From: Thermoproteota archaeon
GTDB lineage: Archaea > Korarchaeota > Korarchaeia > Korarchaeales > JAOZGB01
NCBI GenBank assembly: GCA_037917685.1
Contig: JAVCBU010000006.1
Location: 256,001-320,000 of the forward strand
Length of the DNA stretch: 64,000 nucleotides
Reading direction: 5' to 3'
How positions within the stretch are numbered: position 1 is the stretch's first letter; the number at the start of each line of letters is the position of its first letter. Positions 28,708-38,489 of the stretch are shown here, piece by piece. A model generated the notes under the pieces. It worked only from the letters and a program-made list of their open reading frames with translations. It had not been told where the DNA came from and ran no database searches. A program made the translations under genes and the position numbers.

Positions 28708-29877
28708 ATGGATGGTATGGACAACCTTGCCAGATGGGTTGAAGATGTCTTCTATAACCTCACTGATAATATTGGACCGAGGATGGCAGGTACAAACGAA
28801 AACGTGCTTGCAGGAAGCCTTCTATCCAGCTACGTCCAAGATATAGTAGGACTTGTAGATAAATTCAAGTTCAAGGTTACAAAGTGGATACCTAAAACCT
28901 GGAAAATCCGAATTGATGGGGTAGAGTATAAATCCCTGCCTCTAGGTTTTTCGCCTTCTGGAAATGTTTGCTCAGATCCAGCCTACGTTTACAAAGCATC
29001 AAAATACGAGTTTGAAAGTCGGGATGTATACGGTAAAATAGCAATTGCCACTCGAGGTGGGGATCTAAGATGCGAGCAGAAATATCGGAATATAACAGAA
29101 GCCGGGGCCATAGGCTTCGTTCAAATAATGGATACCCCAAACGGCATATTAAGAGCTGAAAAGATAGCGTCAGATAAGATAGGTCCCATTCCAGCAGTCG
29201 AAATAACCTATGAAGACGGTATGAGACTGCTCAGAAAAATGAAAAAGGGTGTAAATGTAAACATTTCAATAGAAACCAAGGTTGAAGACGGACGTATAGA
29301 AGTGTCCAATATAATCGGTGGAGATATAGATAGGAGCCCAATAATATTGACAGCGCATTTTGACAGTTGGTTTAATACCCCTGGAGCATTTGACAACGCC
29401 TCAGGAGTTATATCGGCCCTTTTAGCAGCTAAAATATCAAAGCTAAAAAACATAGCAGTGATCCTTTTTAACGCCGAAGAATTTGGTTTGCTAGGATCTA
29501 AAAGCTATTCCCGGGAGAAAGCATGCGAGCTCTCCGAAAAACTAATCCTAAACCTAGATGTTTGTGCATGTAAAAATAGCATTTCATACACGCTACAAAC
29601 CAACAGCCGCAGGCTTGCCAAGGCCGCTGTAGAAGCCTCAGACCAGACGGGAATAGATATATCTATTACCTCCAAACTCTCACAACACAGTGATCACTGG
29701 CCCTTTGCCAAAGAAGGTCTTAAAGTAGGATTTCTATTTCAAAATTCCTGTAGCATCCATACCCATACCTCCTACGATACCCCTGAGAAAGTTGGAGTTA
29801 AATCTATAATCAGAACAGCCAAGCTTGTAGGCAAAATTATTGAAAACTTCATCAATAAAACAAGCAAAGACTATTAA
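28708..29877 (+). CDS. M28 aminopeptidase with a PA domain
   Basis: IGPRMAGT, TAHFDSW, GAFDNASG, AEEFGLLGS, NLD, SDHWPF and HTSYDT. Confidence 0.88.
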   Translation: MDGMDNLARWVEDVFYNLTDNIGPRMAGTNENVLAGSLLSSYVQDIVGLVDKFKFKVTKWIPKTWKIRIDGVEYKSLPLGFSPSGNVCSDPAYVYKASKYEFESRDVYGKIAIATRGGDLRCEQKYRNITEAGAIGFVQIMDTPNGILRAEKIASDKIGPIPAVEITYEDGMRLLRKMKKGVNVNISIETKVEDGRIEVSNIIGGDIDRSPIILTAHFDSWFNTPGAFDNASGVISALLAAKISKLKNIAVILFNAEEFGLLGSKSYSREKACELSEKLILNLDVCACKNSISYTLQTNSRRLAKAAVEASDQTGIDISITSKLSQHSDHWPFAKEGLKVGFLFQNSCSIHTHTSYDTPEKVGVKSIIRTAKLVGKIIENFINKTSKDY

Positions 29878-29884
29878 TATGTAG

Positions 29885-30997
29885 ATGGTCTCATTGAGAA
29901 ACATACTGCTGATCAAGTACGGAGAACTGTTTTTGAAGAGCCCACCGATTAGAAAAATATTTATTAAGAAACTACTTGAAAACATAAAAGCCTCTTTAGA
30001 TGTAAAACTAATACCTTACAATATTCTAATAGTCAGGCATGATAGCATAATCATGGAAGCTGATAGAAAAGCCTTCAAGCATCTATCAAAAATCCCAGGC
30101 ATCGCAAGCGTCGCCTACGCCTATGAAACTAAAGCAGTATATCACGAAATACTGCAATGTATACTTAAGAGCCTTAAACCAACGTTTCAAAGCATTTACA
30201 TCAGGGCGAAAAGAGTTACAAAAACCTTCCCTTTAAAGTCAATGGAGCTTTCTCAAAAACTCTCATACGACGTAGCATCTAAGCTTAACGTAGAGGTCAA
30301 CCCTAAAGAGCCAGAAGTTACGGTATATGTGGAGATAATAGGCGATAAAGCGTACATCTATACGGAGAAAATTAGAGGAATAGGCGGCCTTCCCGTTGGT
30401 ACGGCTGGGAAGGCCGTAGCACTATTGTCAGGAGGAATAGACAGCCCTGTCGCACTATGGCTCATGTTGAAAAGAGGAGTAACGGTCACCCCCATATACA
30501 TGAGAAGGTCTGAACAAGAACTCTCAAAGGTTAATAAAATAATATCAAAACTCCAAGAATATGTATACCCTTCAAAATTAAACCTAAAAATCGTAGAATG
30601 GACAAGGTATATGCTTAACGTCCAAAGTAAACTTAAAGCTGTTAGAAAAGAGCCGTGGATATGCATCTTCTGCAAGAGATACATGTTAAAACAAGCTGAA
30701 AAAGTAGCGTTGTCGATTAACGCAAACGCCATAATAACAGGCGAGTCGATAGGACAAGTAGCCTCCCAGACTCTCTCAAACATGAGGGTAATATCAAAAG
30801 GGATAAAACTACCAATATTAAGACCGCTCATAGGCTTCGACAAGGCTGAAATAGTACAGCTTGCTCGGTCAATCGGCACATATGAGATTTCAATAGAGCA
30901 TACGGTAAAATGCCCATTCATGCCGAGACACCCTGTTACAAGGGCTAGTTGGGGACACTATGAAAAAATAGCCGAAAAAGCTGGTTTAGAACCTTAA
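29885..30997 (+). CDS. thiI: tRNA 4-thiouridine synthase (CxxC+C Fe-S type)
   Basis: YGELFLKS, THUMP domain, GGLPVGT, LLSGGIDS, CIFCKR, TGESIGQVASQT and CPF. Confidence 0.93.
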   Translation: MVSLRNILLIKYGELFLKSPPIRKIFIKKLLENIKASLDVKLIPYNILIVRHDSIIMEADRKAFKHLSKIPGIASVAYAYETKAVYHEILQCILKSLKPTFQSIYIRAKRVTKTFPLKSMELSQKLSYDVASKLNVEVNPKEPEVTVYVEIIGDKAYIYTEKIRGIGGLPVGTAGKAVALLSGGIDSPVALWLMLKRGVTVTPIYMRRSEQELSKVNKIISKLQEYVYPSKLNLKIVEWTRYMLNVQSKLKAVRKEPWICIFCKRYMLKQAEKVALSINANAIITGESIGQVASQTLSNMRVISKGIKLPILRPLIGFDKAEIVQLARSIGTYEISIEHTVKCPFMPRHPVTRASWGHYEKIAEKAGLEP

Positions 30998-31028
30998 CAT
31001 TTAATCAATCCGATGACATATTATAGCT

Positions 31029-32417
31029 GTGAGAATTAAGAACTTTGATGAGTTAGCCCTCGGCCAGACAGATGCCGATACCAAGGCAAGGACTATAGCG
31101 TTAGAATGTATAGAAAAGGCGATAGAAGCCGCTGATCCTCAGATTGCGGTGCAAAGAAACGTTAAATTATCAGGAGAGGAACTTAGAATAGGTTCATACA
31201 AGATAAACCTTAAGAAAGCTGATAGAATAATCGTGGTTGGGGGGGGAAAGGCCTCTGGACGCATGGCTGAAACATTAGAGTCGATATTAGGTGACAAAAT
31301 AGAATCCGGAGTAGTCAATGTACTTAAAGGGACGGAATCCCTCTTTAAAACAAGAAGAATAGTACTTAACCCTGCTGGTCATCCGATTCCGACTACTGAG
31401 GGAGTAAAAGGTGTAAAAGCTATGCTTAGCCTATTAAAAGGGCTAACATCCCGGGATATTGTCATAACACTCATATCAGGTGGGGGCTCGGCCTTAATGC
31501 CTTACCCTATCGAGAAGATATCTATAGAAGACTACGTGGAGGTCAACAAACTACTGCTGAAGTCGGGAGCGGACATAAATGAGATAAACGCGGTAAGAAA
31601 GCATCTCTCTAGAATAAAGGGGGGATGGCTTGCAAAATACGCCTATCCAGCAACCGTTTTCAGCCTAATAATATCCGATGTAGTAGGCGACCCACTCGAA
31701 ACTATAGCCTCCGGTCCAACATCGCCAGACCCCTATACTTTCACTGACGCATATAACGTGTTAAAGAAGTATGACTTGCTAGATAAGGTACCCAGTAACG
31801 TTCTAGACACGCTTCGGGCAGGTTTATCAGGCTATCTTCCAGAGACCCCTAAGCCAGGAGATAAAATCTTCGAGAAAGTAAGAAATATTATAGTGGCAAG
31901 TAATAGTATTGCAGTAAACGAAATGGTCAAATACGGGAAACATATGGGATATAAATGCCTTAACCTGTCGTCATATATTGAGGGCGAGGCGAGGGAGGTA
32001 GGTAAGGTTCTAGCGTGTATAGCAAGAGGTATAGATAAAGCGGGAGTACCCGTTAAAAGGCCAGCTCTAATCGTAGGCGGGGGGGAGACTACAGTCCATG
32101 TGGTAGGCGAAGGATTGGGTGGAAGAAACCAAGAAGTCGTTCTAGGCTCTGTGGAAAAGCTTTCAGACATAGAAGGATGTGCATTGTGTTCCGTCGGAAC
32201 AGACGGTATTGATGGCGTAACAGATGCAGCCGGGGCCATAGCAGACGGGAAAACATACAAGAAAGGTTTAGATATGCATTTAAAACCAGAAGACTACCTT
32301 AAGAACAACGATTCATATAACTATTTCAAAAGGGTAGGGGGGCTCGTCATTACTGGCCCCACTTTAACTAATGTTGCAGATATATTCGCGGTTGCACTAG
32401 CTTCCATTAACACTTAA
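31029..32417 (+). CDS. gck: Glycerate 2-kinase (MOFRL family)
   Basis: GGGKAS, ISGGGSAL, RKHLSRIKGG, IASGPT, GGETTV, GGRNQE, GTDGIDG and TLTNVAD. Confidence 0.92.
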   Translation: MRIKNFDELALGQTDADTKARTIALECIEKAIEAADPQIAVQRNVKLSGEELRIGSYKINLKKADRIIVVGGGKASGRMAETLESILGDKIESGVVNVLKGTESLFKTRRIVLNPAGHPIPTTEGVKGVKAMLSLLKGLTSRDIVITLISGGGSALMPYPIEKISIEDYVEVNKLLLKSGADINEINAVRKHLSRIKGGWLAKYAYPATVFSLIISDVVGDPLETIASGPTSPDPYTFTDAYNVLKKYDLLDKVPSNVLDTLRAGLSGYLPETPKPGDKIFEKVRNIIVASNSIAVNEMVKYGKHMGYKCLNLSSYIEGEAREVGKVLACIARGIDKAGVPVKRPALIVGGGETTVHVVGEGLGGRNQEVVLGSVEKLSDIEGCALCSVGTDGIDGVTDAAGAIADGKTYKKGLDMHLKPEDYLKNNDSYNYFKRVGGLVITGPTLTNVADIFAVALASINT

Positions 32418-32447
32418 AAGTACGGTGTGCTATGAATATGTGATTAA

Positions 32448-32732
32448 ATGCCAAGAAAAAATCCTAAAACAGTAAGAAGAAGGACAAAAAGAAGGCTAGG
32501 TAGGAAAGCTTACGGCAAATTATCAAAACCCCTGTTCAGTAAAGCAAATAAGAGAGACATCGAGATTGGACGAGAATACGAGGTCTTAATAGTCGATACG
32601 ACAAAGAAGGGCCAGGGTGTTGGCTATATAAATGGTAGAAGAGTCCTAGTAAGGGGAGCTGAGCCAGGGGAAAAAGTAAAAGTGGTTGTTAAAAAGTTAG
32701 TATCAGATTACGCAGTTGCAGACCTAACTTAA
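32448..32732 (+). CDS. Single TRAM domain protein with a basic N-terminal tail
   Basis: IGREYEVLIVD...GQGVG...GAEPGEKVKVVV. Confidence 0.8.
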   Translation: MPRKNPKTVRRRTKRRLGRKAYGKLSKPLFSKANKRDIEIGREYEVLIVDTTKKGQGVGYINGRRVLVRGAEPGEKVKVVVKKLVSDYAVADLT

Positions 32733-34264
32733 GCTATGGAGCTTTGCTTTACACCATGTTCCCTCTCCCACTGTTCCAGAGGAATTGCGAACTTCTTTTC
32801 AATCTGCTTCCTGTAAAGGCTATTACCATGTATATCTGTAAGGTTCATAGCACAGAACGGTATTAGCCTGCCATCAGGGGTTGAGTAGTGTATTCCACAC
32901 CGCATAAGTCTCTCGAAGTCTAGATTTAACGAGTCTTGGAAGTGCATTATTCCGATCATTACCATCCTGCTAAAGTGGAACTTTGCAAGAGACTTGTAAT
33001 CTCTTTTAACTATTATATCTTTAAGGACATCTGTCAAGTTTAGGCCTTCCGGTGCTTCGTCGGATTTTATAAGCTTAGGTAATATGCTTAAGAGTTTAAG
33101 TTTAGCCGCCTGCTTAGAAATCCATCCACCTTTCTCAATCTTTTCCACACTTTCAGCACAGGTTTTCCAGAGTAGATCAACGTCGACAAACCTGGTAATC
33201 GGAATATAATCACCGTCTTCTGTAACATAGATATATGTTGCCATCCCGCAGTGGGGATTCATTGTGAACTCAACCATCTCCCTACCTTCTAGGAGCCCTA
33301 AGAGCCTGGAAAGCGTTGCTGGATAGGTGACCGGCCTGAAATCATCAACCTTCACCTTCCCGTTGGTTTGTTCCTCTATGAGTTTCAACACCTCATCCGT
33401 GGTTATCCTATGCTTGTTGATGTCTTTAAGTTCAAATCTGCCAACGAAAGATACTGGTTGTATGTTTAGACATCGTATTACATCTACATTCCTAGCTGCA
33501 AACTCAACCATTTTTCCAAGCTGATTATCATTTACTCCCTTAATTAACGTTGGCACAAGCACTACGCCTATACCTGCTTCTCTACATCTTTCAATCGCTT
33601 TAAGCTTAATATCAGTAAGATCTGAACCTTTATGGATATAAGCAGACTTCTCGAAACCTTCAAATGACAGATATATCGTTGTACACCCGGCTTCTCTAAG
33701 CTTTTCAGCGTAACCAGGCTCCATCGCTATTCTAACACCATTCGTATTTACCTCCACATGTGGGAACCCCTCTTCCCTAGCCATTTTCACTATCTCAAAA
33801 AGGTCAGCCCTAATTGTAGGTTCTCCACCAGTAAGTTGGACGGCTGGTGTGGGGACAGGTTTATTCTGTCTAAGTCTTCTAAGCATCATCCTAATCTGCT
33901 CTTTCGTTGGTTCATAGACGTATCCTGTTGCAAATGCGGCATCGAAGCACACAGGGCATTTAAGATTGCATCTGTTGGTGACGTCTATTATTCCAAGGCT
34001 TGTGTGACTTTTGTGAACTGGGCAGAGTCCGCAGGCATACGGACAGTTGGTATCTTTAATAGCCGGGTTCTCTACTCCCTTCCCTTCCCAGCTGTACTCC
34101 ATAACTTTTTTAAAGAGCCCTGCGTCTCTCCAATACACGTGCTTAAACTCTCCGTGCTCTGGACAGCTCTTTACAATAAATACAGCGCCTTTTTCTTCAA
34201 CTACCGAAGCGTCAACTACTCTTAAGCACTCTGGGCATACACTTTTTGTATCGTAAAGTTTCAT
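32729..34264 (-). CDS. tes: Tetraether lipid synthase (Tes/GDGT-MAS, radical SAM)
   Basis: SVCPEC...CPEHG, CPYACGLC, DVTNRCNLKCPVC, GGEPT and RCGIHY...IPFC. Confidence 0.88.
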   Translation of the reverse strand: MKLYDTKSVCPECLRVVDASVVEEKGAVFIVKSCPEHGEFKHVYWRDAGLFKKVMEYSWEGKGVENPAIKDTNCPYACGLCPVHKSHTSLGIIDVTNRCNLKCPVCFDAAFATGYVYEPTKEQIRMMLRRLRQNKPVPTPAVQLTGGEPTIRADLFEIVKMAREEGFPHVEVNTNGVRIAMEPGYAEKLREAGCTTIYLSFEGFEKSAYIHKGSDLTDIKLKAIERCREAGIGVVLVPTLIKGVNDNQLGKMVEFAARNVDVIRCLNIQPVSFVGRFELKDINKHRITTDEVLKLIEEQTNGKVKVDDFRPVTYPATLSRLLGLLEGREMVEFTMNPHCGMATYIYVTEDGDYIPITRFVDVDLLWKTCAESVEKIEKGGWISKQAAKLKLLSILPKLIKSDEAPEGLNLTDVLKDIIVKRDYKSLAKFHFSRMVMIGIMHFQDSLNLDFERLMRCGIHYSTPDGRLIPFCAMNLTDIHGNSLYRKQIEKKFAIPLEQWEREHGVKQSSIA

Positions 34265-34332
34265 CAGCTATCTTACCCCTCGATAACAAATATAAAATAT
34301 GTCACCCTTTCAACCATGTGTTAAGTATTGAG

Positions 34333-35070
34333 ATGTCGAGGGAAATAGAAAACATAGCAAAAAGACTTGGTATCGGAAAATATGAGATAAACGCGTATCT
34401 AACATTACTTCTTCATTCAGGCATTACCGCTACCGAAATCTCATCGAAGGGAAGAATTCCTCTTAGTAAAATATATACAATTCTAAATAAACTGCTAGAC
34501 TACGAGTTTATATACGCCACCCCGGAAAGACCGAAAAAGTATTATCCGTATCCACCTAGAACGGTAGCTCAGAAAATAGTCCAGAGAGAAGTTGAACAAA
34601 TAGAAACAATAGTTAAAAAGCTTTCCGACCTGCTTGAAGCAGCAAAGGTTAAGATAAGAGAGATGCCGAGCATAGCGGTGATATACGACATCAATGAGCT
34701 GGATAACGTTATAAAACTGTTAATCCAAACGTCAGAGGAGAAAATCCTAATCTCGTACAATAAAACAATGGAAAGAGCAATAAGGGAGAGCATAGAAGAT
34801 CTTAAGATAGCCGTAGCTAGAGGTATAAACCTTAAACTCATACTCCCAAAGAACATCGAAAACCCTTTCCCTAAGAACCTATTAGAAGAGAGAGTCTCAT
34901 ATAGAAAGAGACTCTTTGGAGGAGGAATAGTGGTAGATAGCAGGAAAGTGTTAATAGTTCTCCCCAAAACCCAGCTTGTAAGGCAAACGATAGGAATCCT
35001 TTCAAGCCACATAGTGCTAGCGCAAATAGCAGAGGAATATTACGAATACATCTGGAAAGAATCAGAGTAG
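34333..35070 (+). CDS. TrmB family transcriptional regulator
   Basis: LGIGKYEINAYLTLL...IPLSKIYTILNKL wHTH and a C-terminal effector domain; start placed at ATG 34333 to avoid overlap with tes. Confidence 0.87.
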   Translation: MSREIENIAKRLGIGKYEINAYLTLLLHSGITATEISSKGRIPLSKIYTILNKLLDYEFIYATPERPKKYYPYPPRTVAQKIVQREVEQIETIVKKLSDLLEAAKVKIREMPSIAVIYDINELDNVIKLLIQTSEEKILISYNKTMERAIRESIEDLKIAVARGINLKLILPKNIENPFPKNLLEERVSYRKRLFGGGIVVDSRKVLIVLPKTQLVRQTIGILSSHIVLAQIAEEYYEYIWKESE

Positions 35071-35754
35071 TCCGTCTCCTCCGTAAAGGGCGTCTAATAC
35101 ATCCTTAGCCTGCTCTGGATCACCTTCGACAAGCTGGCATTCCGCATATCCCTTCTTCCAATCTCCTCTCTTACGCTCGAGCTTAACATACTCTCTAAAC
35201 GGGTGTAAGACAACATTTGCAAAACCTCTGATAATCCCAGTAACAGTTGCCTCCTGAAATACGATGATTAAGCCATCTTTCAGCTTCATTAAAGTTCTGT
35301 AATGTAAGTGGTTCTTAGGTTTACCTATGATAACCCATTCAACATCGCAGTTTCTAACCACCAGGGGAATCCCTCGCTTTATCATCTTAACTAATTTACG
35401 GGTCGAATCCGCTACTTCTTCCCCAATCTCCTCAAAGTTAAACCATCTCACCTGTTCAGCGTCGCCACCAGCCTTAACCTTGCCACCGAGGACGTCACAT
35501 AGATAGTCAAGGATCACATAATGGAAGCCGTCTTCCATGATCTCGCTGACAAACACAAGCCTTGTGGGCGAGACTTCTAAACCTGTTTCTTCAAGCACCT
35601 CTCTAACAACAGCATCGTATACTCTTTCGCCATACTTAACTCTCCCACCTGGGATAGCCCATAAACCCTTCCCTGGGGGTTTTTTCCTTTTCACAAGGAG
35701 TATCCGGTTATTACTTATTATTAAGCCTCCAACCGCTATTTCAGGGTTTTTCAT
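35062..35754 (-). CDS. Nudix hydrolase fused to an unexplained ~100-aa C-terminal domain
   Basis: Nudix box GGRVKYGERVYDAVVREVLEETGL; C-terminal H-x-R, FQEAT, HP and KxGYAExQLVE. Confidence 0.82.
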   Translation of the reverse strand: MKNPEIAVGGLIISNNRILLVKRKKPPGKGLWAIPGGRVKYGERVYDAVVREVLEETGLEVSPTRLVFVSEIMEDGFHYVILDYLCDVLGGKVKAGGDAEQVRWFNFEEIGEEVADSTRKLVKMIKRGIPLVVRNCDVEWVIIGKPKNHLHYRTLMKLKDGLIIVFQEATVTGIIRGFANVVLHPFREYVKLERKRGDWKKGYAECQLVEGDPEQAKDVLDALYGGDGLL

Positions 35755-35757
35755 TAT

Positions 35758-36612
35758 TCAATCACCTAATATGCTAACCGCTGCTCCTATGGCTGCGCAG
35801 TACTCTGAATCCTTAGGGACTATAGCCTTACCTCCGAACAGCTCTATGGTTGAAATTACGATAGGGGCCAATATCTTACTTTTAGAAAGTCCTCCTACGA
35901 TAACGATATTATCTTCTAAACCTTCGCTCCTTGCAGCAAAGTAAGCAACAGTACCTATAACTTCTCCTACAAGCGAGAAAATACCTATAGCTGTGTCTTC
36001 TGGCCTAGTATCATCCCCAAACTTTCCAAAATTAGATGCTGTAACGTCTGGCGGGAGAATTCCAACCCCGCCTCCAGTAATGTCTCTAATCGTTAAATTT
36101 ACCCTAGTAATATCACCCATAGAGGCAAGCTTCTCCAATGTATCAAGCCTATACTTGCCAAGAGTGCATCTTCCGATACCTATAAGGGTCCCACCGCCAA
36201 CTCCGGTTCCGCCTACATGCTTAACCCTTTCCCCGCCATCCCTAACCGAGACCATCGCAGTACCCGTACCAATACTAACAACTAAAGCCTCTTCCAAGCC
36301 GCTAAGGAAAATCCCCCCTAATCCTATAGCCGCTATCTCATCGACAACTGTAACAGGAATATTAAACAGTGAGGAGCCTATGTCTTCCCTTCCACCACCT
36401 GTAACAGCTATACTCCCTATTTTCTCAATGTTAATGGCAAAGTCATGAACGAGCTTACCCAGCGCCCCGGAGGCCGACGATACGTGATCATAGGTTGGCG
36501 TATTAGTTTTAGCTATCACATCGTTGCCATCTAGGGCCACAGCTTTAGTTGTAGTCCCACCAACATCAAGCCCTACTATGACCATAATATCAAACAAATT
36601 TAGCATTTTCAT
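35758..36612 (-). CDS. coaW: Type II (fumble/CoaW-like) pantothenate kinase
   Basis: GLDVGGTTTK, VTGGG, VDEI, VSIGTGT, HVGGTGVGGGT and TASNFGK. Confidence 0.8.
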   Translation of the reverse strand: MKMLNLFDIMVIVGLDVGGTTTKAVALDGNDVIAKTNTPTYDHVSSASGALGKLVHDFAINIEKIGSIAVTGGGREDIGSSLFNIPVTVVDEIAAIGLGGIFLSGLEEALVVSIGTGTAMVSVRDGGERVKHVGGTGVGGGTLIGIGRCTLGKYRLDTLEKLASMGDITRVNLTIRDITGGGVGILPPDVTASNFGKFGDDTRPEDTAIGIFSLVGEVIGTVAYFAARSEGLEDNIVIVGGLSKSKILAPIVISTIELFGGKAIVPKDSEYCAAIGAAVSILGD

Positions 36613-36831
36613 TATTTAAACAACACGCCAGTGTAAACCCTGCGAACTAATAAGGATCAAAGTATCATGAATTTACATATATTAACCCAGCATTTAGGAC
36701 ATAAATCCGACCAGATTTCACTAGTAACCCTTTTGCGAGCCATACCTATTTTACAAATACACAAAATTTGGCAGGCATGCTTGCAGTAAATTTTAAAGTT
36801 TCATTAAAATAAGAGGTTAGGGGGATAGGAA

Positions 36832-37362
36832 TTGAAATTAGATACTAAACGGTTAGCCTTAACCATTATGAATGCAGCCCTATATGCTGCAATAGGTTAC
36901 TCAACATATTTTGGAATCATAGTCTTCGGCGTAAGATTCTGGCCAGCCGTAGTCATCCCAGCAATCTTCTCAGTACTCTTTGGACCCCTAGTCGGAGGCC
37001 TAGGCGCCGCAGTAGGAATCTTCATAGCAGACATGTTAACCCACGGCATGCCCCTGCTAAGCTTATCTGTCGGTGTGACAGCAAATTTTGCATGCTTCTA
37101 TGTAATAGGAGTTCTAGCGGGCCAGGAAAGATATGAGCTTAAGAGGTACCTGCTCGCAGCAATAGTAGGATTAGGGCTTGGAAGCCTCATCATTGGGATA
37201 GGAATCTGGGGGTGGAGCCAGTTCTTCGTACTACCGGGAAAAACGGCGGTTGAACCCATGAGAATAATAGGCGCTGCTTTAACAGCAGCATGGACCTTCA
37301 TCTCAGAAATACCATTCCTCTTGATAATCCCACCAATCGTGGTTAAAGCATACAAGGGCTAA
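36832..37362 (+). CDS. ECF transporter S component
   Basis: AALYA, VRFWPAV...LFGPLVGGLGAAVG; small, multi-TM. Confidence 0.8.
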   Translation: MKLDTKRLALTIMNAALYAAIGYSTYFGIIVFGVRFWPAVVIPAIFSVLFGPLVGGLGAAVGIFIADMLTHGMPLLSLSVGVTANFACFYVIGVLAGQERYELKRYLLAAIVGLGLGSLIIGIGIWGWSQFFVLPGKTAVEPMRIIGAALTAAWTFISEIPFLLIIPPIVVKAYKG

Positions 37363-37410
37363 GCCAACCACGAGCCTAAGATATTTAACATTACTCTCCT
37401 ATTTAAAAGA

Positions 37411-38422
37411 ATGATGAGTCTTTAACCCCTATTTGAACCCAGATCTATTGCTATTGTTGGAGCCTCAGAAAAACCAGGCAAGGTAGGCTCAGCAATAATG
37501 AAAAACCTACTAGATATAGGTTTTAAAGGCGAAATATTCCCTATAAACAAATCAGGATATTCGGAAATATTCGGTTTTAAAGCATACAGGTATATAACAG
37601 AAGTCAAGGAGACAGTTGACCTTGCGGTTATCGCGGTTCCAGCTGCCATATGCCCACACGTAGTTCGCAACTGCGGAGTAGCAGGCGTCAAGGTTGCCAT
37701 CGTAATATCATCCGGCTTCAGAGAAGTCGGGAATATAACTCTAGAAAGCTTGTTGAAACGCAAGGGAATTCGGGATGCGGATACTCGGCCCCAACTGTCT
37801 TGGAATATACTCTCCAATCTCAAAGGTAGATACGATCTTTAATCCAAACCTAAGCAGTCAAAGCCATCCCCGGGGGATATAGCTTTGATCTCACAGAGCG
37901 GGGCTCTAGGTGCAGCGATGCTTGACTGGATGACGATGGAGAAGCTTGGAATTTCAAGGTTTGTAAGCTATGGCAACGCAGCCGATATAGACGAAGCTGA
38001 TCTCCTAGAGTACTTAATGACCGATCCTTACACGAAAGTAATCGCAGTTTACCTAGAAGGTGCTAAGAGACCCAGGAAAATGGCTAAGATTATAGCAAGG
38101 CATCCCGGAGAAAAGCCGGTAATAGTGCTAAAAGCTGGCCAGACCAAAGCCGGCGCAGAAGCAGCAATGTCGCATACAGGCTCCCTTGCCGGAGCCTGTT
38201 GTGATAGCACTACTTCAGGCTCCTATGCTCAACGCCGAAAAACTCGTCAAAACCATTGTAAGGGTTAAGAACTCAATAAGGAAGCCCATAGTGGCAGTAA
38301 TGCCTGGAGGCTCATTCTCAGCAAAGTATCGCCTTATGCTCGAAGCTGATAACATACCAGCTTATAACTCCCCTAAGGCGGCAATAAATGCTTTAGACGC
38401 CTTGGTTGCTCACTCTCTCTAA
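37411..38422 (+). pseudogene. Disrupted ADP-forming acyl-CoA synthetase alpha subunit
   Basis: ATG ATG AGT CTT TAA followed in frame by PLFEPRSIAIVGAS; later pieces (LGPNCLG, ISQSGA, SHTGSLAG, C-terminus) fall in different frames; about 1 kb against 1.35 kb for the intact paralog. Confidence 0.88.
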
Positions 38423-38489
38423 GAGAGGCCCAGACTTCCAATATTTTAAAACTTTTAACTTAAAAGGTGCTCGGTAGACATGAAGGCTT

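Noticed and set aside
35365-35754. Nudix protein as a canonical CoA pyrophosphatase
   Set aside because: It lacks the LLTxR(S/A)xxxR...FPGG CoA-ase motif, so specificity is left open
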